Source: Octopus sinensis
Lineage: Eukaryota
Direction of reading: 5' to 3'
NCBI RefSeq assembly: GCF_006345805.1
Contig: NC_043009.1
Span: forward strand, 36,146,001-36,210,000
DNA length: 64,000 nt
A program made the position numbers and the translations under genes. Shown piece by piece: positions 1 to 13,900 of this stretch; the stretch's first letter is position 1, and every line of letters starts with the position of its first letter. Below the pieces are notes generated by a model that searched no databases, was not told where the DNA came from, and saw only the letters and a program-made list of their open reading frames with translations.

Positions 1-134
1 TCGTTTACCAAATCCAATCCAAAGCTGTGGGGGGCCGAGGCTATAGTAGAAGACACTTGCCCAAGGTGCTACGCAGTGGGACTGAACCCGGAACCATGTG
101 ATTGGTAAGCAAGCTACTTACAACACACCCACTC
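1..134 (-). mobile_element. tRNA-derived SINE family A, 5' head fragment (runs off window edge)
   Basis: Matches the head of the more complete family A copies at 2145-2560 and 51954-52348 (gaagacacttgcccaaggtg...gggactgaacccggaaccatgtg). Confidence 0.85.
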
Positions 135-355
135 CTGGCAGAAACGTCAGTACGCCGGGCGAAATGCGTAGCCGTATTTCGTCTGCCGTTACGTTCTGAG
201 TTCGAATTCTGTCGAGGTCGACTTTGCCGTTCATCCTTTCGGGGGCGATAAATTAAGCGCCAGTTACGCACTGGGGTCGATGTAATCGACTTAATCCGTT
301 TGTCTGTCCTTGTTGTCCCCTCTGTGTTTAGCTCCTTGTGGGTAGTATAGAAATA
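135..355 (+). mobile_element. tRNA-derived SINE family B, slightly 5'-truncated
   Basis: ctggcagaaacg...gagttcgaattc (B-box-like)...ttcatcctttcggggg.gataaattaag...ttgtgggtagta.agaaata; same sequence as 46611 and 54778. Confidence 0.85.
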
Positions 356-362
356 TATATAT

Positions 363-412
<50 letters not shown>

Positions 413-424
413 ATAAAACTTTAT

Positions 425-535
425 ATATAGAGAACGTGAATTACACGAATTGACGAACACGGAAAACTGGACAGTCATTCAGAGCCTTCATTCTTCAGTC
501 AGAAACCTATTCATCATGGCAAATTTCGGCTGATA
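425..535 (-). mobile_element. Fragment of the non-coding PLE-type repeat (3' end) inside (TA)n
   Basis: Reverse strand reads cagccgaaatttgcc.atgatg...gactgaagaatgaaggctctgaatgac, matching 39835-39900 and the reverse strand of 62255-62320. Confidence 0.6.
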
Positions 536-543
536 TATATATA

Positions 544-575
<32 letters not shown>

Positions 576-1089
576 ATATATATATATATATATACATTCA
601 TTTCTCTTTTTGCATTGGATCTAGTTTTCTTCATTCGCAAAATATACATTTCTTAAAAGGAAGTTAAATTATCTGAAAAATGGCTATAATAATGTCGCCT
701 TCCAGCCTCATTGCTTTGAAAGTATTATATTGTGGAAAGAAGAATGGAGAGAGGTTTAAAAATCGGGAAAAAAAAAAACCCTGAGTATTTTTAGCCAATA
801 GCGCGACAGAAATTTTCTGCGTTTAGCGGACCGGTGTCAACTTTAAGATTGTACCTGTAAAATTTAGAGTTTAGCATCTGACCTGTTCATTCTAGGTTTC
901 TAAATAAACAGAAATACCTAATAAAATCAACATGTATCATCTTACTATTTCTTATGTCTTTTCGTTGATTACATATTTTTTCAAATTTGTTGTATTAATT
1001 ATATTTGTATGCATGTGTTTACATTATGCGTATTTCAGCATTATGTATACCTGTCATGTATTTGTGTACATCATTAATATATAAGTGCA

Positions 1090-1125
<36 letters not shown>

Positions 1126-1493
1126 AAAAGGGGGCGTCTGTCTCCCAAACTCCAAAGTTGAGTAACGTTTTCATGCTTGGATTTGTAAACTACGATAAGA
1201 ATAACACTGGTCAACAAAGAATTTGTCCCAAGGAAAAGAATACCTGTATCTTATATGTTTTTGCATGCAGAATTCAAAAATAATGTCAAATTATCTGATC
1301 ATGCACAGTTTCTCTGTTCTTGTTACGTGGGCTAAATTTCAGTTAAGCTGTCGAAATGTGAAGGTACCAGCTTAAGAAATACTCCTAATTAAAATTTTTG
1401 CTAATAGAATTAACCTAGTGAAATCATAAATCCAGCTAACTGAGTCAATGAGTCCCAAAAATATATGAAGTGAAAAATATGTTAAAAATGCCA

Positions 1494-1593
1494 NNNNNNN
1501 NNNNNNNNNNNNNNNNNNNNNNNNNNNNNNNNNNNNNNNNNNNNNNNNNNNNNNNNNNNNNNNNNNNNNNNNNNNNNNNNNNNNNNNNNNNNN
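1494..1593. other. Assembly gap (100 N)
   Basis: Run of 100 n characters. Confidence 1.
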
Positions 1594-1639
1594 TAGACGA
1601 AAGCCCTACCTATTTATGGCTGGCTCTTGCCTATAGAGA

Positions 1640-2130
1640 ACATCCATAGGCAATCGCCCGCATAATCTCTAGATACGGTCAGCTTGCACCAACAGAGTAC
1701 TTGTGAGGATATGACAGTGCAGCTCAGTACATACACTGGTCAATTTGTCAAACCGTAGAAAAATAATTGGTGGGAATAAACACCACTAGTTATGCAGATT
1801 GCTGAAGTTATCATCCTTTGGAATTTCAGTTTTAGACTATTCGGGAAATTCAGGCTAACCGACCAGATATCATTGTGAAAAATCCTGTTGAAAAGATACG
1901 TTATTTCATGGATGTTTCAGCTCCTGCGGACAAAACCATATCTCTGGAAACGTTGGAAAAAGTGAGCAAATATAAAGACATGGAGTCAGAAATTAGAAGG
2001 GTGTGGCATCTCAGAGCAACAACATTACCTATTGTTGTTGGGGCATTTAGAATGAAAAAAAAAAGCAAACAAACAAACAATACATAGACCAAATTCCTGG
2101 CGACTCTCAAATAGGTGAATTGTAAAAGAT
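1640..2130 (+). mobile_element. R2-superfamily (R4/Dong-like) non-LTR retrotransposon, C-terminal RLE region, decayed
   Basis: Across frameshifts it translates as LAPTEYL..D.AAQYIHWSIC...ILWNF...IQANRPDIIVKNP..RYFMDVSAP...EKVSKYKDMESEIRRVWHLRATTLPIVVGAF. The PD..D..K pattern is that of a restriction-like endonuclease. Confidence 0.8.
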
Positions 2131-2144
2131 GGTACATATAGATA

Positions 2145-2560
2145 CTCTCTTTCTTTTACTCTTTTTTACTTGTTTCAGTCATTTGACTGCGGCCATGCTG
2201 GAGCACCGCCTTCTAGTCAAGCAAATCGACCCCAGGACTTATTCTTTGGAAGCCTAGTACCTATTCTATCAGTCTCCTTTTGCTGAACCGCTAAGTTACG
2301 GGGACGTAAACACACCAGCATCGGTTGTGAAGCAATGGTGGGGGGGACAAACACAGACACACAAACATATACACACATATATATATATACATATATACGA
2401 CGGGCGTCTGTCAGTTTCCGTCTACCAAATCCACTCACAAGGCTTTGGTCGGCCCGAGGCTATAGTAGAAGACACTTGCCCAAGGTGCCACGCAGTGGGA
2501 ATGAACCCGGAACCATGTGGTTGGTAAGCAAGCTACTTACCACACAGCCTCTCCTGCGCC
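2145..2560 (-). mobile_element. tRNA-derived SINE family A, near full length
   Basis: Reverse strand: ggcgcaggagaggctgtgtggtaagtagc (A-box-like) ... ggttcattccc (B-box-like), internal (CA)/(TA) tract, tail cagcatggccgcagtcaaatgactgaaacaagtaaaaagag. Confidence 0.9.
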
Positions 2561-2574
2561 TATTTCCTTTTCTC

Positions 2575-2744
2575 TTCTTCTTAAAAGAATACAACAAGGG
2601 TCGCCACCACCTCCCGCCGGAGCCTCGTGGAGCGTTTTGGTGTTTTCACTCAATAAACAGACACAACGCCCGGTCTGGGAATCGAAACCGCGATCCTCCG
2701 ACCGCGAGTCCGCTGCCCTAATCACCGGGCCATTGCCCCTCCAC
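2575..2744 (-). mobile_element. tRNA-derived SINE family C, 5' part
   Basis: Reverse strand gtggaggggcaatggcccggtgattagggcagcggactcgcggtcggaggatcgcggtttcgattcccagacc; matches 5763-6143. Confidence 0.85.
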
Positions 2745-2944
2745 AGATACCGCATATATTTTATATAAATTTCCATTCATGTGAATGCTATCCTACTCGT
2801 TCAGTGTTATAAATTTTATAAAGAAATTTTTTTCGCACGTAGACATCATTTTCACAATTGCATGGCATCTCACCTGTTAATACCTTTAGATGCTAAAATC
2901 TTGTTGTCTCTTGACGTCTCCAGTTGAAAGCAGAAAAGCAGAAC

Positions 2945-3006
<62 letters not shown>

Positions 3007-3014
3007 ATTGTTTT

Positions 3015-3720
3015 CTTTATTGGTACAAGGGCACAAAGGAAAAAAGGGACAATACAACACAAGGGAAAGTGGGGCTTAGCACAAAACTTAAGAACAATTA
3101 ACAATATAAATTCAAGAATAAAATTCCCCCAAAGGGGGACAACCAATAAAATTCCCCAAAAGGGACAACCAAGGAATCCCACACATCCTGGTTACCCTGA
3201 CCGTCAGGGGTACTCTGCAGGTGCCTCTCTGCTTCTCAACTCTTCCGGTTTACACGGGTCATCCTCATCATTATTCACCCACCTTTCAAAAAAAAAAAAG
3301 AAAAAAAAAACCTACTGGTGACAGTACTTCCCTCTCCAAACTCACTTTCCTTTTCAAGTGGAACTTGAAAAAGTTGACGAGGACTTGGCCAAAGAGGATA
3401 GTATCTGTCTTCAGTTTTTCAAACTTATCCACCACATCACCACTTTCGACATAGTCATCAGACAGAAGAAAACTGTCTTTCCTTCTCGTCCAAACGAAGA
3501 TGGCGAGGCGATCTTCACGATGGACTCGGCTGATAACGGATCCCCTATAGAACTCCGTGGAACTTCCACCGTCCACATTGCCCAACTGGTGGGGTACTAT
3601 GAACGCTTGCTGATATTCCAGGTGCCAAGCGCCCTTTCTCGGTTTGCGCTTGATCTAGAAGTGTAGCTCCGTCAATGAGACGAGCTGCGAAAAATCCCGT
3701 CTGAGAAACAGTGATTACAT
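3015..3720 (-). mobile_element. Tx1/L1-like LINE 3' end (ORF2 C-terminus plus 3' UTR)
   Basis: VNFFKFHLKRKVSLEREVLS...ERWV is shared with the copy at 37512. The 3' UTR ends with aataaa and then a (TCA)n tract at 2944-3006. Confidence 0.65.
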
Positions 3721-4436
3721 TTGCCCACTGTCAAAGAAACGCTGGAGATGTCGCAGCTTCAGCGCATGTCTGCGCACCACACATGACTAAATACATACAA
3801 AAGCACATACATACACACAATATAAACGTAAATATACATACAAAAAATGTGTACGAAGAGGAATACATTCATATATGTAACTGTAAAAACCTGCGTGCAT
3901 AGAGGCACGTATTTATATCTGCACGCACGTACATTACTGCGTAGATACACGCTCATATATACAGAGTAGATAGATACCTGTTTAAGCACATTCGACTGCA
4001 TACACACCCATATACATATATACACATTTATACACGCATATATCTATTTACAACTATATACACAACATATAATTACAAATAAACACACAAAGACATATAT
4101 ATATATACACATATATAGACATATATACGCATATATATGTATCTATATATACGCTTATATAGATACATATACGCACACACTCACATATATATACTCATTT
4201 AAATATGCATAAATGATACATATACATGAATATATACAGCAAAAACACACAGACCTATATAATTGTAAACGCACCTGCATATTTAATATACAAATTTAAA
4301 CTTACGTCATCCATTTATGGATACATATGTATGCGTATATACATATATTTTAATAAAAGCATATATATATATTGTATAAAGGATATATATATATATAGAT
4401 AGATAGATATATAGATAGAGAGATAGATAGATAGAG

Positions 4437-4482
<46 letters not shown>

Positions 4483-5295
4483 ATAGATACGTATGCCCTA
4501 TGCGTATGCCTATGCACACGCATAGGTACAAATATATACATACACATATAGACATCGCAATATAACAAACAAGTTTATAAATAAGCGTAAGGCTATAAAT
4601 GGCATACGGTAAACACTTCAGTTAGATTGAATCCGCCAAAGTTGATTATAGGAGCAAATTTATTGAACCATGTATTTTAAGAAAAAGGAAATAATGTCTA
4701 AGATTGATGCAAACAAGAGTATATAGAGGTTTGGATGTGTAGAATTAAAAAATCGTGCTATCATGATAGGGTAGCAAGGTTAGGTACAGTTAGCATAAAG
4801 GAACTATTTAAATTTAAGGTGCTAGGATCAATAAGTATTTTTGCAGATAGCAGTATGTTTGAATATAGTCTGGTCAACAAGGTGAGAAATTATACAATTG
4901 TATTGATCTGGGTAGTAAAATGTCTGGATATAGTTGAATACATTATTAATTAATGTAAGACTAAATGATGGTTAACTAAAGCAGGGAATTAGCTAGCACA
5001 GATGAACGATTTGCATTTAGTTGTTGGCATTAATGAGATATAAGTATTCTTATAAATAACCGAATGTTTGAATATAGTCCAATACATTAGCTACTAGCAA
5101 TGTCGGACAATATTATGGTTAAGTGGTATGGTAGGGAATTTATTCAATAGCATTGTTCAGGGCTATGAAGTTTATTAGTGTATATATAATAATATCATGT
5201 GGTTGCTCTACCTACTAGAAATAGTAGACAAGCCTCTCCCAAATATCCTACCATCATTAAAAAGAAATGAAGGACATATTGGATAATGTGGATAT

Positions 5296-5482
5296 TCTTT
5301 TATTTTTTTTACTTGTTTCAGTCATTTGACTGCGGCCATGCTGGAACACCGTCTTAAAGAGTTTTAGTCGAAGAAATCGAACCCAGGACTTATTCTATGT
5401 AAGCCTAGTACATCTTGTATCGGTGTCTTTTGCCGAACCGCTAAGTTACACACCAGCATCGGTTGTCCAGCGATGGTGGAAG

Positions 5483-5521
<39 letters not shown>

Positions 5522-5693
5522 TATATATATATGGTAGACGGGCTTCTTTCGGTTTCCGTTTACCAAATCCATTCACAAACTTTCATCTGCCCAAAAATAT
5601 TGTAGAAGACACCCAAAATGCCATGCAGTGAGACTGAACCCAGGACCTTGTGGTTGGAAAGCAAACTTCTCACCACATAGCCACGCCTGCGCC
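5296..5693 (-). mobile_element. SINE family A, diverged copy
   Basis: Colinear with 2145-2560. Confidence 0.85.
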
Positions 5694-5762
5694 TATGTAC
5701 AAGATATAAGCAGGGTATCAAATAAAACGCAATGGTCAAGGAAGAAACGTAGTCGATTATAT

Positions 5763-6143
5763 GGAAGCACTCCGTCGGTTACGACGACGAGGGTTCCGGT
5801 TGATCCGATCAACGGAACAGCCTGCTCGTGAAATTAACGTGTAAGTGGCTGAGCACTCCACATACACGTGTACCCTTAACGCAGTTCTCAGGGATATTCA
5901 GCGTGACACAGAGAGTGACAAGGCCGGCCCTTTGAAATACAGGTACAACAGAAACAGGAAGTAAGAGTGAGAGAAAGTTGTGGTGAAAGAGTACAGCAGG
6001 GATCACCACCATCCCTGCCGGAGCCTCGTGGAACTTTAGGTGTTTTCGTTCAATAAACACTCACAACGCCCGGTCTGGGAATCGAAACCGCGATCCTACG
6101 ACCGCGAGTCCGCTGCCCTAACCACTGGGCCATTGCGCCTCCA
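5763..6143 (-). mobile_element. SINE family C, full length
   Basis: tRNA-like head tggaggcgcaatggcccagtggttagggcagcgg...ggtttcgattccc; 3' domain ctgttccgttgatcggatcaaccggaaccctcgtcgtcgtaaccgacggagtgcttcca. Confidence 0.9.
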
Positions 6144-6433
6144 GTCGACTATATATCTACTTGCTCAAGGAAAACCTACCGTTAAATAACAATATCAATA
6201 AAGAACGATTGGGAACCTTGACGTGTTTTAAAATAAGAGCCAAATATCTATCCAACAGATTACAAACTTACTTTATAGAAAAAAAAATGTCACATTAAAC
6301 TATATACTCCTGGATATATGAACCATGATGAATGGTCACGACTGGAAAGCTTTCGATCGTTGGTCTGCTTAAAATGTGATTATCTAGAGCTAAGCAAAAG
6401 CAGCAAAGACAATTTCATCTCATGTAAAACAAA

Positions 6434-6620
6434 ATAGGTATTTCGTCTGCCGTTACGTTCTGAGTTCAAATTCCGCCGAGGTCGACTTTGGCTTTCATCC
6501 TTTCGGGGTCGATAAATTAAGGACCAGTTACGCACTGGGGTCGGTATAATCGACTTAATTCCTTTGTCTGTCCTTTTTTTGTCTTCTCTGTGTTTAGCCC
6601 CTTGTGGGTAGTAAAGAAAT
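6434..6620 (+). mobile_element. Headless SINE family B monomer with 12-bp TSD
   Basis: Flanked by atgtaaaacaaa at 6422-6433 and 6621-6632; starts ataggtatttcgtctg and lacks the A-box head. Confidence 0.8.
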
Positions 6621-6640
6621 ATGTAAAACAAATTAAAACG

Positions 6641-6678
<38 letters not shown>

Positions 6679-7367
6679 ATCAAGAACAATAAAAACGAAC
6701 GATTAAAAGGACCCCCAAATACGAAACCTCTCCTGAAATAAATCGTTGTTAATGGCCGACCAAATTAATGGCATGTGGATTATATTAATATCCCAGGCCG
6801 TCCATATTGGGAGGTTAGGTCACGTGTTCAGCAACTGACCAATTATTGAACAGTTTACGTTTGATTAATAATTTTTACTGATGTTTGTTATCCATCTCAG
6901 TTTGTTGTTGTACTTATTGTTTTTCCTCATTCTGCTTTACATTCCTTCCTTTTTTCTCTTTTCGTCAGCTCTCCCCCCTCTCTCTCCTTAATCATCTCTT
7001 CCATTTCCTCCTCATCCTTTCTTCTTCTTCTTCTTCTTCTTCTTCTTCTTCTTCTTCTTCTTCTTCTTCTTCTTCTTCTCTTCTTCTTCTTTCTTCTTCT
7101 TCTTCTTCTCCTTCTTCTTCTCCCCTCCTCTTCCTTCTACTCCTACACCTCTACAACTTACATCTCTTAGTTTTCCCAGACTCCATTCATTACCCCCTTC
7201 TCCACTACATTTCCATTCCCCCCTCTCGACACTCACGTGTGTTTTACTCTTTCAAACCATCGCATCGTTATATCTTCCGCCGATGTTCTGCAGATGGTTG
7301 CCCTTTTGGCTTTCATCTGTGGGACAGCACTCACCGAAACAGCCTCTCTTTCAGCCACATTCTCTAC

Positions 7368-7427
<60 letters not shown>

Positions 7428-7671
7428 CAAACATGCACTCACAAGCATACACACCCGCATGCACATGCACATACACACTCTTATACGGCTTAGACCCCCG
7501 CTTTCTTTTTCATACACATACATATGCGCACGCACACACACATGTATGCGTGTGCGTGCATGTGTGAGTGTGTGCGTTCATCTAAGAATACACACATATA
7601 CATACGTACACACACAACACACACACATATATATATATATATATGTATATATATGCTTGTATATGTATGTA

Positions 7672-8575
7672 TTGGGTTGTCGGTTTTTTTTTAAAGCGAA
7701 AATAAGATACAATTTTTTTTTACACAAAGTGAGTCATTCAATGAATGATAGAATTACTCTTTCGTTCCACTATCTTCTGCTATCTTGCGAGCAGATCCAT
7801 GATTCCCAACTCAAAGAATTTCTTGTCTTTACTGACAAAAGATTCTTCCAGATGAACTTTTACATCCTCTTCAGATTTAAATGTCTGTGTATTCAGCAAT
7901 TTTGAAGCGACCAAAACAGGTGAAAATCTGTTGTAAGGTTGAATGAATATAGAGGGTGCATCAAAATTCGCCAGTGAAGCTCCAGTAACTTCTGAGGTCT
8001 GGCATTATCTTGATGAAAGACAATGCTTTTACCATTAGCAAATGCTAATGGTGATTCGCTGCAGTTAATTTGTTCAGCTTTTCATAGTACACATTCGAAT
8101 TTTTGGCCCTGTTCATGGGAAGACCCTTCCAACCCCACCAAGTAGAAAGTATGATCTTCTTCGAGTGAAGTCCAACATTGGAGGTTGTTTGTAGTTGTTC
8201 GCCGCACTTCCCTCGTGATTGTCTGCGTATAATATTGCTAAAAATGACCCATTTTTCATCTCCTGTCATATTCTCTTCAAAACAGGATAATTTTCTTCAC
8301 ATTTCTGCAACGGATCGCCAATAGAAAACTGTTGGGTGAGGTTCACCGCATTCAATTGATGTGGAACCCAAGCATCAAGCCTGCTTACGTAACCAGTTTG
8401 ATGCAGATGATATTCTGTTGTCGATTTGGATATGTGAGGAATACTTGCGATCATCCTGGGTGTATAACGGCGGTTCGTCTTGACTAATTCCTTCATTTTG
8501 TCGCTGTTAATCTCAGTTGGTCGTCTAAACCGAGGACCAAAATATTTCCCGATCGAAATCTTGAAAATCACTTCA
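7672..8575 (-). mobile_element. Mariner (DD34D, Hsmar1-like) transposase remnant, 5'-truncated, with right TIR
   Basis: Motifs WVPHQL, TGDEKW, FHQDNARP, HPLYSFNL (cf. HPPYSPDL) and TDFHLF, with stops and frameshifts. Ends in TIR-like ...aaccgacaacccaa followed by TA (7670-7671). Confidence 0.92.
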
Positions 8576-9391
8576 ACAACAATCTTGTAAAGAAAGGTAG
8601 GGAGCAGAGGGATTGAAGAATTAGGGAAGGAACTAGAGAGAGAGAGAGGGGAGACAGAGACAGAGACAGAGGAAAGGACGGAGGGAAATGTACAAGGGAG
8701 ATAATAGAGGAAAATAGAGAAATTAAAGAAAATAATGCCAAGAAATGTGCAATGTGAAAAGGGTTGATAGAAATAGAATATATATATGTTTTGTGTATGA
8801 ATGTGTCGGAGTATTTAACACGGAGGAGGCTCTATGATAGATAAGTATTTCTCCAGCTTGCAGTGCCAAGTTCGAAGAACTGGTTTTAAGAGTGGCTTAA
8901 AGCTACAAGGAACATTATCCGAGGATACCTGATCGCACGGAGCGGTCGGGAAACGTTTATGTGGTTGGTAGACATAAAAGAAATAGAGCCTAAAACTGCT
9001 TCAGATTACACTGAAAGTGTCTAATGAAAGAAGAAGACTATATTAGATAATGTACTCAACCACACACATCCAAAAGACCTATGATCTTTGATCATAGGTC
9101 TGCTTGATCGAGGCTGATCTGGGGCTAAAAAAACAAAACTCACCCACTTCCGCCGCTGCTGTCGCCACCACCGCCACCACCGTCACCAACACCAGCACCA
9201 CCAGCACCACCAGCAACACCAGCACCACCGCTACCATCACCAGAACCACCGCCGCCACCACCGCCACCACCATCATCAGAATTACCGCCACCGCTACCAC
9301 AACCACCGCCACCACCGCTGCCGCCACTACCACCGCCGCCGCTACCACCGCTGCCGCGACCGCCACCGCCGCTTCCAATACCACCACCACC

Positions 9392-9423
<32 letters not shown>

Positions 9424-9676
9424 CAACATCAACCACTTAAAAAGTAGAAGTCTCTGCTCTGACATTTCTCGTCCTTTGACTTCTGTGAGTCACTCACCAT
9501 TCTAAACAAGTTATCAGAATTAGCGATAATTCAAGAGACAGCTGCCTCTGTAGAATGTTCTTTTCGAATTAAGCATCGCCTCGTGTCTGTTCTATTCTCT
9601 TGAGGGGAAATATTCACAAAAGTTACATTTCAGAATACCTTATTTTCTAACAATTCTGTAACACATTTAAATATGC

Positions 9677-9751
<75 letters not shown>

Positions 9752-9774
9752 TGATGTCGATGACGATGAGGATA

Positions 9775-9805
<31 letters not shown>

Positions 9806-9903
9806 CGACGACTACAACGAAGATATTAATAATAATAAGAACAATAATAGTAATATAAATGATGACAATGATGAGAAGGGGGAGACTGATGATGATAATA
9901 ATA

Positions 9904-9952
<49 letters not shown>

Positions 9953-10680
9953 TTGAGAATATCCATAAAAAAGATGAAGAATTATTTATGCGATAAAATT
10001 AAGAGATTCATTATACCAGATCAGGAGTTCATGTCGCCTTACTTTATGGGGGGTTTGTAAAGTAATTTTCTTTATTCTTCGTTAGTCACAAGAAGAGAAG
10101 CAAAGTCTATGATCTCTGATTGGTAAGATTTATGCAGTTTGAACCTTTGCAGATGAAAATCTGCAGGATGAGGGAATCTGAGGTGTGATCTAAATGTTGG
10201 CAACAGTGTAAATACTGTTAAAGCATTTGAAGGATCAGAGGGTACAATTAAAGTGAGTATTTGAATGTGTCATGGGTATATCTGAGAATCGAACCTGGAG
10301 ATGGCAGATATACCTCACTCCGAACATACGACATATAAGCGGAATTCATTATTTTTTCATATTTTGTGCTGAACCTAACTGAACAGAATTCAGCAGTCTA
10401 TTATTTGACAAGTGAAATGAGTAATGAGATATATGAGGTGTATTGACTGCCTGCGTTGTGTGTGGTTATGCTTATATACTACCACAGTTCTAGACACAAT
10501 ACTTTCAATTCCCCATGAATTCACTTCATGGAAATAGAAAGCAGATTTTAAAAGAAAAGATTAACGAGGTTAATTTTCGTCTTTGATTACGAAAATGTCA
10601 GCGTTGAGTTCAAAATGCTATGTAGGGTTTTGAAAAACAATTACGATTTCGTATATCTGCAGTAGTTCTATATGCATATA

Positions 10681-10751
<71 letters not shown>

Positions 10752-11313
10752 AAATAGTAAAAAGTGAAAAAACTACAGAAGGCTTAAAGGTTAAAAAAAT
10801 ATATATATTTGCGTCAATATGTCTGAAGAATATTAAACATTTTTTTTCCTTACAATGACATAGTTTAGAAGAAAGACCGGTTTCGCGTTTAGCTTTTCAA
10901 ATTTCTTGCGGCGTTATGTTTATATATATATATATATATATTACAAAAAACTGCTACTCAGAGTTTCACGTTCCCGTTCGTTGGCCATTTGTGATCACAT
11001 CTTTAATAATAAAGCATATTATTCTACCTCCAGTATTCGAGTACTGTTTTCCCCAGCTCGTTTTACCTTTATGTGCTTACTCTGGTGTTGTGTGTATGAA
11101 ATTGTTGGAGCATTTAACATGGAGGAGACCCTGTGATTCATAAGCGTTTCTCCAACTTGCCAAGTTCTAAGAACTACTTTAAAAGTGATCTAAAGCTACA
11201 AGATACATTACTTGAGGGCACCAGATCACTGGCATGCGTTTTCAGTTTAACAATAGGTATGTATATGTGTGTACGTATACATATATGCACACATATATAT
11301 ACTTCCGTACATA

Positions 11314-11631
11314 CAGTGGCTGACTGGCCAGGTTGCTCGCTTGCCCGATGGCAAGTGGGCCCCTGCGTCATTAGAATCCATATATGGGGGCCCATGTTAG
11401 TATCTCAGGGGCCCAATCCATCAAGTTTGAGAATTTTTAATTCACTCCTGGATGACTGTATTTATTATTTCAGCCTGACTGTGTTTGTAGACAGTTGAAA
11501 AGAATACTTAAAACATATGAAAAAGAAAATTAAATGACAGCATTGTAGTTGTGGCCGGGCCCCCTTGTAGTTGCGGGTGGGCCCCCTCAGTCTCCTGGCA
11601 AACCAATAATTTTAGACCCAGTCCGCCATTG
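11314..11631. mobile_element. hAT-type MITE with 8-bp TSD
   Basis: TIRs cagtggctgactgg / ccagtccgccattg (14 bp, 2 mismatches); TSD cgtacata at 11306-11313 and 11632-11639. Confidence 0.88.
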
Positions 11632-11658
11632 CGTACATATATAATGTTATAAATCATG

Positions 11659-11777
<119 letters not shown>

Positions 11778-11865
11778 TATATATTATATATATATATATA
11801 ATATATATATAATATATAATATATAATATAATATATATAATATATATATATATATATAATATATA

Positions 11866-11931
<66 letters not shown>

Positions 11932-11983
11932 ATATATATATATATCTATATAATATATATATATATATATGAGAGGAAACTAG

Positions 11984-12014
<31 letters not shown>

Positions 12015-12334
12015 ATATGCATGTATAGTTTGTTTCATTAACTGACTCTGCTTTATCAAAATTGTGTAACGGATATAATTTTGTTAGAAAGATGCGGTAC
12101 ACTTTGGATAGCAAAGGATTAGATGCATCTAGGAGTGTAATGATCTCCGCTACACATACTTAAAGAAAAGGATAATGCTCCTACCCGAGTCATATAGACG
12201 CTTAAGGCTGGTCTCCCGGTTTTTGTGGCGTATATATTCCCCCACTGAACTAGATGCTGGTCGGTTGCAGATTATTCATTTTTGCCAGTGGACTGGAGCA
12301 ACTTGAAATGAAGTGTTTTGTTCAAGAGAGCTGT

Positions 12335-13900
12335 TGGTAGAACTATGCCATTATAAAGCCGGATCTTTGTAAGCTGATGGTGCTGGAGGACTGTATGGTG
12401 CATATTCTCTGGAATACAGCCGTGACTTTGCCAGTTCAATGGTTGACGTCAATCTCAACATTGCCATTGATATTGATAGTGTCACCTAGATAGGTGCATC
12501 TGTCTACTGTCTCGGTATATCGTTGACTGATCTTTATGATTGCTGTTGTTCAGTGGTCATAATTTGTAATGTTCATTGTTTTGGTCTTCTCCACACCGAT
12601 TCTCAGACTAATTTTTCATGCATTTTGTTCTAGTTCTGATGTGAGGTTTTTATTATCTTCAGCAATGTCATCAGTAAAGTCCAGGTCTTTCAGTCTGGTC
12701 TGTTGTTTCCATGGTATTCTTCCATCGAGTATGTTTGCTGTTTTCTTTAGGACAAAATCTACTACCAGTAAGAACCGAAGGGTAGACAGAATACAACCTT
12801 ATCTCACTAAAGTAATGATGTCAATGAAGACTGCTTTCACTGTTTCTGTTCAAACACAGCATCGTGAATTTGAACATAATTCTTTAAAGATATTGATAAA
12901 AGCGTTGAGAGGCGCCATACTGCTAGGCAACTCACAACAAGGACTCTATGTGGACAATATCAAATGCTTTTTAAAGTCAATAAAGTCAGTGATCTTTGAT
13001 GCCCAATACACTGTTCAATAATATATCTGAATATAAAGGTTTGCTCAGTACAGGATCGATTAATATGAAATCCGATTTGTTCCTCTCGTAGTACAGCCTC
13101 TTTAGAATCATTTTTCATAACATTTTACCAGGCACTGATAGTAGGGTGATACTTTGCGAGTAATTACAGTTGGATAGGTCGTCCTTCTCCGGCAGTTTCA
13201 CAATGATTCCCCCTTGTCAACTCTGTAAAACCTTCAGCTCACGTCAGCAGCAACTTATCAAACTTGTTAGTTCAGTCACTACAGTGTTCTCACCACGTTT
13301 GAACATTTCTGCGATGATTTCATCCAGTCGAAAAGCTTTGTTGTTTTTCAACATTTTGATTGCTTTTGTTGTCTCTTCGCTCATGATTGGATCTTCATCT
13401 ACATCCAGGGCTCTCTTATTTTGTTGGTAAAGTTGTAAAGTCCTGTTGGTGTTGGTTGATTTAGTGTTTTGTCAGCAAAGTCCTTCCCTGTTTATCTATC
13501 ACTGGTATATTTCAGCTGCTCTTTCCTCCATTTGACCATCATGACTAGAGTAAATGATTGTCTTTGCATAGTTTTCCACTTTCTCCCTATCTCAACTCAC
13601 CGATTCCTAAGATGTTGAGTTGGTATTCCTTGAACTCTGTCATAAGTTTTTTTCATGTTTTCACTTGGATACAATGTTCGTATGTTCCATTTAGCTAGGT
13701 TTGTTATTTGTTGCTCATAATTTAGCATTTTGAGACCCTAACTTTTATATGGCTTTCATTAGATCGCCTTCCTCCCGTAGGTTTTGCGATTGAGTTTCTT
13801 CTGCTGCTTCTTTAGCTGTTCTTGTTCTACGGGATTATATTGCTTGTACAACTATCCTGCTTTTTTGGTGCTTAGGACTGGTGTGGCAGGATCTACCTAC
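12335..13900 (-). mobile_element. RTE-clade LINE, internally deleted and decayed (APE start plus RT)
   Basis: Reverse strand gives LAKWNIRTLY...LNILGIGELR (APE N-terminus), then a GVRQG-like motif, FLLVVDFV, IPWKQQTRLKDLDFTDDIA, TYLGD and RLYNGIVLPT (RT and thumb). Confidence 0.85.

Noticed and set aside
4735-4953. SIFADSS as a possible RT YADD-like motif
   Set aside because: The upstream RT motif (PQG) is not recognisable; at best a very old LINE relic.
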